From the NCBI GenBank assembly GCA_017936585.1, contig JAGBFI010000038.1, forward strand, positions 46,503-110,502: a stretch of 64,000 nucleotides of DNA. Reading direction: 5' to 3'. The DNA comes from Clostridia bacterium. GTDB taxonomy: Bacteria; Bacillota; Clostridia; Christensenellales; UBA1242. Below are positions 45,008-54,900 of this stretch, one piece after another; position 1 is the stretch's first letter, and every line of letters begins with the position of its first letter. A program made the translations under genes and the position numbers. A model generated the notes under the pieces. It saw only the letters and a list, made by a program, of their open reading frames with translations. It had not been told where the DNA came from and did no database searches.

Positions 45008-48000
45008 TCGCTCACCTCATCGCCAGCAATGGCGATTGTGAGATTGATAAGATAATACTTTTCACCCACAAGAACGTAGTATGTTCCTGTGTGATCTTCC
45101 ATTTGAAGAGAAGCTGTGTATTTTCTCTCAAGCTCATTTCTGCTTTCGTTGATTTGGAAATATGCCACAGAATTGTCTGCTGAGCCTCCCACCAAAGTTT
45201 TCACCTCTGCATCCAAATTTGAAAGTTCAAATGATGTTGTTGCATCTCTCTCAGTGAAAAGAGTCTTTGCCTCTTCATAGAGATATAACTTTATTGCCAC
45301 TCTTCTGAACGCAATTACTCCACCTTCCTTCAATCTGTATGAAATGAGAAGATTCTTGGTGAAATAGTTTGTTGTGCCCTCTGGCGCTGTCACTGTTGAG
45401 GATGTATCCCACATTGTCAAAACGCCGGAGGTTGAACGCTCTTCCACCATGATGAAAGCATTGCTGTTTGTTGAATCAATTTCTGTCACAAATGGAATTG
45501 TGCCATCAGTCCCAAGAAGAGCATTGATCGTTTCAGTGATGCCCCCTGCATTGATTGTAAGATCTCCACCAGTTGTGGTTGTTTTTTGAATGTATATTGA
45601 TGTTGAATCAGTGCCATCTGGAATAACCTTGAAGTCAACAACAAACTTTGTGACTGCAGTTGTTCCGTCTGCCTTTGTTTCAACCATATAATATTCGTTG
45701 TCAGCAATGATTGTTCCAACTCCGATATTGAGGAATTGTTCCAAAACGACAGGCGATTTTGCTGTTTCTCCTGTGAATTTGAAGAACTTATATGTCGAGC
45801 CTTCAGTTTTGTTGTCAATCAGATTTTGCATGTCAAACTGAGCTTCACGCCCAATTCCAACCGCCTTTTCAATTATGTCGTTATAGACATAGAACTCAAC
45901 GTCATAAACTTTTGCCTCGCCATCGGTTGTGCGTGCGAGATATGTTTTTTCGCTGTAGCCCACAGCTAAAGTCACGTTGTCCACTCCTTCGTTTGATTCA
46001 ATTGGCATGATGCTTCCATCGGCTGAAAGCTCAAACCAAGTTGCGTCAGTTGCAAATTTTGATAAATCATAAGTTGTTGTTCCACTTGTGCTTTCTTTGA
46101 TTGTCACAAATTTGCTTTCTTGTGTGTTTGTTGTGTACACAATCACCTCAGCTGTGAATGCTGCTGTTGTGTATGCACCACTCTTTCTTCCCGTTGCCAC
46201 AACAGAAAGTGTGTAACTTCCCGCTGTTGTGAATGTGTGTGAGTTGAGATTGTTGAAATAAACTGCTGCGTCATCAATCTTCACAAGGTGATAGTTGATG
46301 TTTGTCATTCCGGCAACCACACTCAAATCGTCAAACATTTCATGGAAGTTTGCTGTTTCACCAACTGTGAACGCATAGGTCTTGTCTGAATCGTCATATG
46401 ATAAGATGCTTGAAGTTGCAACATCTGATGTGTATTTCATTGTCCAATCACTTGGAATTGTGATTATATTACCCTCAATCACATAGCTTTCTCCTGCTGT
46501 GCCAGTTTCAGTTGAGTTTTCTCTGTTTGCCAAAGCAAGACGAATTGTTGAAGATGACACAAGGCTGAGAGATTTATCGTCTCCTCCATAATTTCCGTCA
46601 TAGCCTGAAACCTTGACATAGACATTCACTGTGATTGTGTGTGTTTGAATGTTGAAGTTGCTTGTTGTTGTGATTAGTCCATTTTCGTCAATGAACGCAG
46701 AACCTGCACCACCAGACGAAGAGGTGTTGATTTCAAACACAAACTTATATGCTTCTCCAGCAGACGCTGCCAAAGTTTGTTTTACATCTGAAACATAATT
46801 TCCAAGTTCAACCTTTTCTCCCCATACTGCAAGAGGAATCACATAATAAGAGTCTGTGCCATTTGTCATTGTGTAATAATCTTCAACAAGAATGTCTCCA
46901 TTCACTTGTACACCTGTTGCTGTTGCACTCTTAAAGATTGGATAAACCTCAAAGTCTTGTTTAACTTGATAAACTTTGTTTCCATTTCCATCCATCACAG
47001 CATCTATATTATAATAATCCAAGAAATACAACGTTTCTTTCTTATATCTTGAAGAGTTAAGTTCGGCAACATTTTCAACGCGAAGTTGCAGTCCGCCGCT
47101 ATATCCCGAAATGCTGTTTCCTGTTGAGTCAATTTTTACATCCCCACCATTGTAAGCGATAATTGAATCAACCTTTGTTTCCTCGTCACCATTTTTGATT
47201 GTGTCTGAAACAACCTTGATGAAGAATTGGCTTCCTGACGAAAGGTTTTTGGTCAAGATTCCATCCGACATACTGTTTGTGATGCTTACATATTCTGTGA
47301 TGTTGTATATCTTCTCGTTTGTGAGAGTGATGAGTTTAAGTTGAGTGCTGCCAATATACCAGTTTCCATCAGTTTCATTCTTTGCTGCACTTGCAAGGTC
47401 TGCGTTGTGAACAATAAATGAAACTGTTTCGTTTGGTCTGAGAGTCACTTCCAATGTGTCATTGAGCAAAGACCCACTTGCATAAGCCGCGTTCGTCACA
47501 GGGCTTGTGTCGTCCGCGATTTTTGTTGAAGCAAAGTAGTCTGTTGTTCTTTCCTTCTTGATTGTCACTGTTTGAGTGAGAACGCTGATGTGATTAAAGT
47601 TGTCAGTAATTGTGATTTTCATTTGAACATTTGCAAGTTCTCTGCCAGTGCCAAACAAAATTCCGTTGATGTAAGGAACCGTAAATGTATGGTTGTCTGA
47701 ATTGTAATTCTCGCCATTGTAAAGCTTGTAATCCCCGTCTTCTGCCACAACATATGAATATGTTGAAGATGTGATGAGTGAAGCTGTTTTAGCACTGCCT
47801 CTTCCACTTGTTGATCTGTAAGTTCCTTCAACATTTGATCCACCAATCCATGTGTCTTGATAATAGAAGTCAACGTATTTAACTTTGATGTTGTTCAAGT
47901 TTGAAATCATGCCATATTCTTTTGCTGAATTTGTGTCAATTGCCAAATAGTCATTGTTGAACGCATAGGCATCAATTCCACGCAATTCGACATAATTTGA

Positions 48001-51000
48001 AACATTGCTCATCGCTTCTGAAAGAGCCCCGTATTCGCCAGCAACATATGTCTGTGTGAGAGTTTCCTTTGCTTCGAATAAATCTCCACTTCCAGTGCCA
48101 TATTTCACCGTGTAAGTTGCAAGTGAAGCTGGAGTGTCTGAGTCATCCGTCTTGTTCTTGCTCACACTGATTTCAAGTCTGATTTGTGCACCAGCAAGAG
48201 TGTCTCCAACGATTGGAGTTATGATTGCATAACCTTCTGATTTGTCAGCATGCTGCAATTTCCAACCTGTTCCACTTCCATTTATGTTAATATTTCCACC
48301 TGTCCATATTTCATCTCTGAAAACAACATCGCCAGCCATCACTTGTTTGATTTCATCATTTCCATCCAATGTTACGGCTTGTGTGCCCCCAGTCAATGTT
48401 GCTGTGATTCTAACATTTCCAATTTTTGCGTTTGTTTTTGATGAACTTGCTTCGTCAACATCGTTGTTTGCAACCAAACTGATGCTTAAAACATCGTTCT
48501 CTTTGTCGTAGGTGAAGATGTCATACATCACGCCATTCGTTGACTTTGTTTGGTTGACTATTTGGAATCTTGTTCCAACTGCCAAACTTTCACCTTCTGT
48601 CAAAGTGAAACTTCTCATTGTGTTGATTTGTGGATTAAGCTCACCGGTCACTGTGATATAGAATCTTGCCTTGTAGCCATAATCATTTTCAAAGTCAATG
48701 TAGAACTCTTCTTCACCAAGGTCAAGCTGGTCAAATGTGATAGACAATTTGTCAGCTGACTCAACTTTTGTTCCTGTGTAATCAGATGCTGTGGTCAGTT
48801 TCACAATATTTTTATATGTGAATGTGCTTGCCACATTTGTGCTTTCATTGCCATACATATGTGCAACAATTGCACTCTTGCTTCCTGTGTTGCTGTTGTT
48901 CCAAAGATTGAATGTGTATGGGCCAGTTCCTTCGCAAACAATCTTATATGGAGCATTTTTGTTGCTCATGATTGACTGACCTTCCACAACAAGGTCATCA
49001 TCTCCACCGTTTGTTCCTGCAGTTGAAGAAATGCCCTCGCTGAATGTCATTGCTGATTTTGGCATAACTTTAAACAGCAAGTTGTGTGATTTTTCAACTG
49101 TAAAACCAGAAGAAATTTCAACTATATAAGTGAGTCTCATCATCACAAAGTTGCCATCATTGCTTGCCCCTTGTGCACGGATGAGATAGTCAACGTCTGT
49201 TTCGTCAGTTGAGTGTGTTGCTCCGGAAATTGTGAGATAGTTCTTCGTCACATCCCCAGCTGTGCCAACACTGCCGTCACTCAATGTTTGTCCAGCTCTT
49301 GGGGTCAAACCAGAAGCATATTTAATTTGTTTTTCGTCAACCGTTTGAAGTGTTGAGGAAAGTTCGTTGTGAATGTCATAGGCCGTTTTTGTCAATGAGT
49401 CTGTTTCTGAATTTTCAATCTTCATGTCATCAAAACCATAAATCTTCAATGACAATTTTGCACCTGAGTCTTCAACCATATCTTTTGTGTAGTACGCGTT
49501 GTTCTTGACACTCTTGATTCCAAATCCGCGATAATAGTCAAGCAAACTCACGAATTGTTGGTCTGCGTCAACTTCAACATAAGTGCGGGTTGTCACGCTG
49601 TCGGCATTGCCGGAAACTGTGAAGTCAACTGTGAGATATACATTATACACACTGCCCGTCTCGATGATTGGATCTGAGCCATAGCCAATTCCAATCTTGT
49701 AGGTCACATCCTTTTGGAAATCTTCCTCTGAAAGTGTGATTTCTGAAGCGTTGACATAGTTTGCACTTGTTGTGCTTGCTGCATCCGTGTTGTCAACTTT
49801 CAAAAGTTTGAGATTTGCGTTTGCACCAAGAAGAACTCTCTTGCCGTCAGCATATTTTGCCTCAATTCTTGCTGTCAGACGTGGTGCTGTTTCAAAGATG
49901 TCCGCTTCAGCCTTCACACCCTCAGAATCCTTCTCTTTTGCAAGAGTTTCTGTTGTGTATGCGGCTTGATATGTGAAGCCTTGCAATGATTTTCCAAGAT
50001 CAATGTTTGTGAGAGTGTTGCTTCCTGTTGCAGAAATTTCAATGATTTCATATGTTCCTGCATTTTCAAAACGCAACCAATATGTTGAGCCCGCTGCAAC
50101 ACTTGACTTGAATGCATATTGTAAAATTCTGTTTGAAGCAAAGATTTTTGCTTCTGATTGTTGTTTCAAATCTTCCGCATAGATTGTTTCTTTTGCGTTT
50201 TCATATGTTGGAGCGTTTTGTTCGATTGAAATCACGCTTCCTGCCACAACAACCACTTTGTAGGTTGTTGAAACTTGATTTACGATGATTTCAAAGTCAA
50301 CGCTTCCTTCACTTTCTGCATTGACAAGTTCAAACACAAGTGAAACATCAAAAGCTTCACTTCCAGCTGCAACATGTCTGAGGATGTTTTTGTCAGAAGA
50401 TGTTTCTGTGATGATCTTGCCATTTGCTGTGAGATTTACATTTGAGATGTTTGAAACATTGATTGTCCAAGCTTGAGTGATGTCGCCGGCTGCCGCAACA
50501 GTTGTTGCCTCCACTCTTGCTTTGCTTGAGAAGTCCGCATTGCTTCCAAAGAATTCTGAAATTGTTGCAGATTTATACGTCCCGTCTGAAAGCGTTGTTG
50601 CAATATATTCAACCGCACTCTCTGAAATACCGTCTGGCATTGGATAGTTTTCTTCCAAATTCACGTTCTTTTCAATTGTGTAAGCATAAACCAAAGACGA
50701 TTCAAACACCACAACTGTTTCTTTTCCACTATTGAACAAACTCTTAATTGTATATGTTCTGTCCGCTGTTGTTGTGCTTGCAACATTGTCAGGTGTGAAC
50801 TTCACTTCTGAAGCATAGATTTCAACTCCATCGCCGTCTGTTCCAGTCACGAACATAAATTCTGTACTGCCAACATTCGTAAACTTGGCAATTTGAGTTG
50901 CCACATTCTCAACAGAGAGTGTCACTTCCTTTCCACCATATTGAGATGCCTTTTCTCTGTAGATGTTTGACTCTGTGTTGTTGAAACTTGCTTTCACTGC

Positions 51001-51924
51001 GATTGCAAAGTTGAATGAATAATATGTTGTTGCGGTTGTTTCCTCACCAGTTGCTGCATCAGTCTCTGTGTGCTCCGCTGTGATTGTTGCTCTGAAGTTG
51101 AAGGTTGTGTCTGCCGTCAAGTGAGCGAACTCAATTGTGCTGCCGTCCCAAGTTGTACCTTCCGTGATTTTGAAGAGCGTGTTGATTGAAATATCGTTAA
51201 GTTTCACATCATCTGTGTCTGTGTTTTCAACCTGAACTCCAATGATTGTTTTGTTTCCATCATTGTTTAAGATATCCAATGTTTTGAAGAGTTTTGTTTC
51301 ATCTGTCCCGCCAAAATGATAAGTCTCTCCACCAACAAATCCTTCTCCAATTTCAATTTTGTAATAACTTGTGATTGTCAAAACAAGTTTGAACACTCTC
51401 TTTTGAGATGTGTAGAAGCCTATTTCAACGGTCTTGTCTGAATCCACGCTTTCTGCTGGTTGAATTGTGATTTGCGATGCACTGTCGCCTGTCACTGTCA
51501 CCGCGCTTGCTTCATCCACAACATAATATTCATAATCTGTCACAGGTGCGGTTGTGTTGTTTGTCTTTATGCTGATTGTTGATGTGAACAAATATTTTCC
51601 GCTGTCTGCTGGGATTGTTGCTGCAAAAGTTGTGTCATCTATTTTTGTGAGTGTCACACCATCACCAATTATGCTACCCTCATCATCAACTTTTGCGTTT
51701 GTCAATGTTGGGATATAGTTGCTTGACTGGTTGAAATTGAAGGTGTAAGTCAAATCGCCACCAATCAATTCTCCACCTGCAACAAAGTGCGTTTTTGTGA
51801 TTTCAATTGTTACTTTTTGAGTTGAATCCGTAAGTGAAATTGCAAGAATTCCGTTTGTAAGGCTTTCTGCATCATATGTGATGTAAGAGCCATAGTTTGT
51901 CATTTGTGTGCCGTTTACAAACAC
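45004..51924 (-). CDS. C-terminal 2,306-codon portion of a giant surface protein, in frame with and directly abutting the upstream 1,713-aa ORF (one TAA between them)
   Basis: There is no signal peptide, and no RBS precedes either the nominal GTG or the first ATG. The composition is Thr/Ser/Asn/Val-rich and beta-rich like the upstream part. The frame is continuous with 51925-57066. Confidence 0.7.
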   Translation of the reverse strand: MFVNGTQMTNYGSYITYDAESLTNGILAISLTDSTQKVTIEITKTHFVAGGELIGGDLTYTFNFNQSSNYIPTLTNAKVDDEGSIIGDGVTLTKIDDTTFAATIPADSGKYLFTSTISIKTNNTTAPVTDYEYYVVDEASAVTVTGDSASQITIQPAESVDSDKTVEIGFYTSQKRVFKLVLTITSYYKIEIGEGFVGGETYHFGGTDETKLFKTLDILNNDGNKTIIGVQVENTDTDDVKLNDISINTLFKITEGTTWDGSTIEFAHLTADTTFNFRATITAEHTETDAATGEETTATTYYSFNFAIAVKASFNNTESNIYREKASQYGGKEVTLSVENVATQIAKFTNVGSTEFMFVTGTDGDGVEIYASEVKFTPDNVASTTTADRTYTIKSLFNSGKETVVVFESSLVYAYTIEKNVNLEENYPMPDGISESAVEYIATTLSDGTYKSATISEFFGSNADFSSKARVEATTVAAAGDITQAWTINVSNISNVNLTANGKIITETSSDKNILRHVAAGSEAFDVSLVFELVNAESEGSVDFEIIVNQVSTTYKVVVVAGSVISIEQNAPTYENAKETIYAEDLKQQSEAKIFASNRILQYAFKSSVAAGSTYWLRFENAGTYEIIEISATGSNTLTNIDLGKSLQGFTYQAAYTTETLAKEKDSEGVKAEADIFETAPRLTARIEAKYADGKRVLLGANANLKLLKVDNTDAASTTSANYVNASEITLSEEDFQKDVTYKIGIGYGSDPIIETGSVYNVYLTVDFTVSGNADSVTTRTYVEVDADQQFVSLLDYYRGFGIKSVKNNAYYTKDMVEDSGAKLSLKIYGFDDMKIENSETDSLTKTAYDIHNELSSTLQTVDEKQIKYASGLTPRAGQTLSDGSVGTAGDVTKNYLTISGATHSTDETDVDYLIRAQGASNDGNFVMMRLTYIVEISSGFTVEKSHNLLFKVMPKSAMTFSEGISSTAGTNGGDDDLVVEGQSIMSNKNAPYKIVCEGTGPYTFNLWNNSNTGSKSAIVAHMYGNESTNVASTFTYKNIVKLTTASDYTGTKVESADKLSITFDQLDLGEEEFYIDFENDYGYKARFYITVTGELNPQINTMRSFTLTEGESLAVGTRFQIVNQTKSTNGVMYDIFTYDKENDVLSISLVANNDVDEASSSKTNAKIGNVRITATLTGGTQAVTLDGNDEIKQVMAGDVVFRDEIWTGGNININGSGTGWKLQHADKSEGYAIITPIVGDTLAGAQIRLEISVSKNKTDDSDTPASLATYTVKYGTGSGDLFEAKETLTQTYVAGEYGALSEAMSNVSNYVELRGIDAYAFNNDYLAIDTNSAKEYGMISNLNNIKVKYVDFYYQDTWIGGSNVEGTYRSTSGRGSAKTASLITSSTYSYVVAEDGDYKLYNGENYNSDNHTFTVPYINGILFGTGRELANVQMKITITDNFNHISVLTQTVTIKKERTTDYFASTKIADDTSPVTNAAYASGSLLNDTLEVTLRPNETVSFIVHNADLASAAKNETDGNWYIGSTQLKLITLTNEKIYNITEYVSITNSMSDGILTKNLSSGSQFFIKVVSDTIKNGDEETKVDSIIAYNGGDVKIDSTGNSISGYSGGLQLRVENVAELNSSRYKKETLYFLDYYNIDAVMDGNGNKVYQVKQDFEVYPIFKSATATGVQVNGDILVEDYYTMTNGTDSYYVIPLAVWGEKVELGNYVSDVKQTLAASAGEAYKFVFEINTSSSGGAGSAFIDENGLITTTSNFNIQTHTITVNVYVKVSGYDGNYGGDDKSLSLVSSSTIRLALANRENSTETGTAGESYVIEGNIITIPSDWTMKYTSDVATSSILSYDDSDKTYAFTVGETANFHEMFDDLSVVAGMTNINYHLVKIDDAAVYFNNLNSHTFTTAGSYTLSVVATGRKSGAYTTAAFTAEVIVYTTNTQESKFVTIKESTSGTTTYDLSKFATDATWFELSADGSIMPIESNEGVDNVTLAVGYSEKTYLARTTDGEAKVYDVEFYVYNDIIEKAVGIGREAQFDMQNLIDNKTEGSTYKFFKFTGETAKSPVVLEQFLNIGVGTIIADNEYYMVETKADGTTAVTKFVVDFKVIPDGTDSTSIYIQKTTTTGGDLTINAGGITETINALLGTDGTIPFVTEIDSTNSNAFIMVEERSTSGVLTMWDTSSTVTAPEGTTNYFTKNLLISYRLKEGGVIAFRRVAIKLYLYEEAKTLFTERDATTSFELSNLDAEVKTLVGGSADNSVAYFQINESRNELERKYTASLQMEDHTGTYYVLVGEKYYLINLTIAIAGDEVSE

Positions 51925-54900
51925 TTATGAAATTTCATAAGTTGCAGAAATGTCCTCTGCTGTCACACCAGTATTGAATGTTGGAGCAACAAAACGAGTT
52001 CCAGTTTTGTTTGCACTGTTTTGTGCTGTAAATTCCTCTTCCAAGTTGATCACATATTGATATTCAACTGCTGCGTCATAATAGAGCGATGAACTGTCAA
52101 TATATTCTGCCACGCCTTCGTCAGCGCTTGCATATGGATATTCCACATTCCCCTTTTCAAAACTTGGAACAATCCTGATTCTGTAATAGCCTTCATAGGT
52201 TGCTTTTGTGCTTACAATTCTAATCTTCAAAACGATATGTTGAGCCGTCACAGAATTTTCAAGATGGTTGATGTAAAGTTGCCCAATCTTGTCAGAAGCA
52301 TCAACATAAACCTTCTTTGCATAGTCTCCGCCTGAAACGATGTCCCAACTGATGTTTGGAGTGTCACTGCTTTCATAATAGAAACCATAAACTTGTTTGC
52401 TGTCGAAATCTGATGAGATATCGCCTACTGCATGAACAACTTTATATTGTTGTCCTGCGAGGAGTTGTTGATATACATCAAACGCTTCCAATCTTTCCAA
52501 TGAACCAATCAATGTGTCAAAAGTGCAGTCTCCAAACACGTTGAATTCCAACCCACTTGCTGTGTCTGGAAGTTCACCGTTGTTGTAACACACAAACTTG
52601 TCTCCAAGTGCGCTAACAATCACATTGATGTCAACAACAACTGTAAGCGACTTGCTTGTTTTGTCTTGCAAAACAGCCGAAATTTTCAAATAGTTGCCAG
52701 TTGCGCTTACAAAACTTGAAGTCAAAGTCTTTGCTGTGATTGCGTTCCCAGTCTTGTCCATAAATCCAACCGCTTCTTCAATTGTAAAGCCTGTTCTTGG
52801 GCTGTATTTTTCACCAGAAACCATCAACATATATTGTTCTGCTGATGTGCCATAACTTACTGTTTCAACTGAAGAACCATCATTGTTTGTGATGATTGCA
52901 TCAATTGTTGTGCCATAGCCAGCTAAAATTGTAAATGCAAGTCCAGTTTGAACATCACTCTTTTCAATTGACTTTTGACCATCCTGTGCCACCTTCATCT
53001 TTATGACGTTGAATGCTTCATTGTCTTTTTCAACTGCAAATGATTGTTCAAATGTTTCGCCGAGTTTCAAATAAAGTTCTTCAGCCGTTCCGAAGCAGAA
53101 ATAATAATCCGCTGTGGCTGTGCCTGCCGCATTTGTGCCAGTCACGCCCAAATATCTTGTACTTGATGTGTTTGCAAATGTCAAGCCTGTCATTGAAATT
53201 TCTGTAAGTCCATCAAAACTACCGCTTGCAATGTAGTCCGTTGCCTTATAGAACTTATAGAATGACTTAATGTAAGCGTTGTCTGTTGCAATGCCTGACA
53301 AATCCAAATATGGCTTCCCTGTAAGGCCAGAAACCTCTTCCTTCATGATGATGTTTGGATTTACATAGAGCGTGTATTGTGCTTGCAGTGCATATGAAGA
53401 GTTCACTCCATAATAAACCGTCAAATTGACTGTTTGGAACTTGTAGACATCGGCAATTTTCAAAATGATTTTGCTTTCGCCGGTCTTTGCATCCACCCTT
53501 TCTTCCAAAGTGCAGATGTCACTTCCGCCATTATAGAACACTCCCGTTGCACTTGATGTCAAATCTAACCCTTTGAGTGCTGCAGCCCAAGAATATGCGT
53601 TGTTTGTTTTTGGAGAGAAGTTTGTGAACTCATCCAAATCATATTCCATTCCTCCAAACACTCCAGGTGTGAGATCGTTGTTGCTGTTGACAAGAAATGT
53701 GCTGTTTGCTGAATAATATTTCTCAAAGTTTGGAGTTGCTGTCACATCTTTCAAGCATTCAAATTCATATAAAATGCTGAAGAGTGCTCCGTTTTCGTCA
53801 GTCACGCTAAATTTGATTGTTGTGTTTTCCTCAAATGGCTTCAAAATCACCATGTTTGTCAGTTCTTCTGAAAGCCATTGGTCAATCGTCTTGGTTTCAT
53901 ATTTGTCACCCACACTGTTGAACGCAATCATCTTCATCAAGTCTTCTTTTGCGCTTGGGCTTAAGTTGCCAACATAGTCGCTGTCAAGTTTGATAATCAA
54001 TTTTTCTTGCTCTGTTGCATCTTGTTTATAAACCGCCAAGTGATCTTTCAAAGTGATTGTGTTGCCAGCAGTCACAAATTTTGAGACTTTCACCGTTCCA
54101 GTGTTCATCTTGCCGTTGACGATGTTTTCAATAAGTGGGTCTGTTGAGCCAACAAAATTTGATGGGTCTCGCAAAACTTTCTCAACGCCTTCGCTCACAA
54201 TGTCAAATTCAAATCTTTCCGTTGCAAGGAATGTTTGTGTTGCGACATTGTTGTCGAATGTGTAGATAAGACTGTCGTCCACTTTGTCTACAACATAAAC
54301 AGAAAGATATGTTGTCACTGACTTTCCTTTTGTTGATGGAATTGTCTGCAAACTTTCAAGCTTTGTATCAAATTCAAGCACTGATGTTGAGGCCTCGCCA
54401 CCTACAGCTGTTTCTTCCACAAAGCGAACAGTGTAAAGGTCTGCAAAACCATCAATTTCTTGCCCGAATTGATCAACAAGTTTGAATGAGAGCAGTTTGT
54501 TGAGTTCACCAATAACAGTTTCCGCTTTACCTTCAAAAGTCTTCGACCCCCAAACAACTTTCATACCCTCTGATGTGATGCTGACAGAAATCTTGTCTGC
54601 AAGGCCGTCTTTGTCAAGGTCGAGTTCAGCAAGAGATTCTTTATACGCCCCAACAATTTCAACAGGTTGTTGATAATAGATGTTGAAGTGGTCAAGTCTG
54701 TTTTCTTCTTCCGCTTTTACCATATCGTCAACATATACAATTTGTTGAGGGAATTTCTCTTTGCCGTCATCATAGATAAGTTTAAGTTTGATGTGTGTGC
54801 CGAGGTCAAGTTTATATCTGTTTTCTTTATACAAATTCGAAAACTCTTGCTCAGAAATTGTGAGGTCACTTTCAAAGGTGATAACGTTTCCTTCTGCCTT

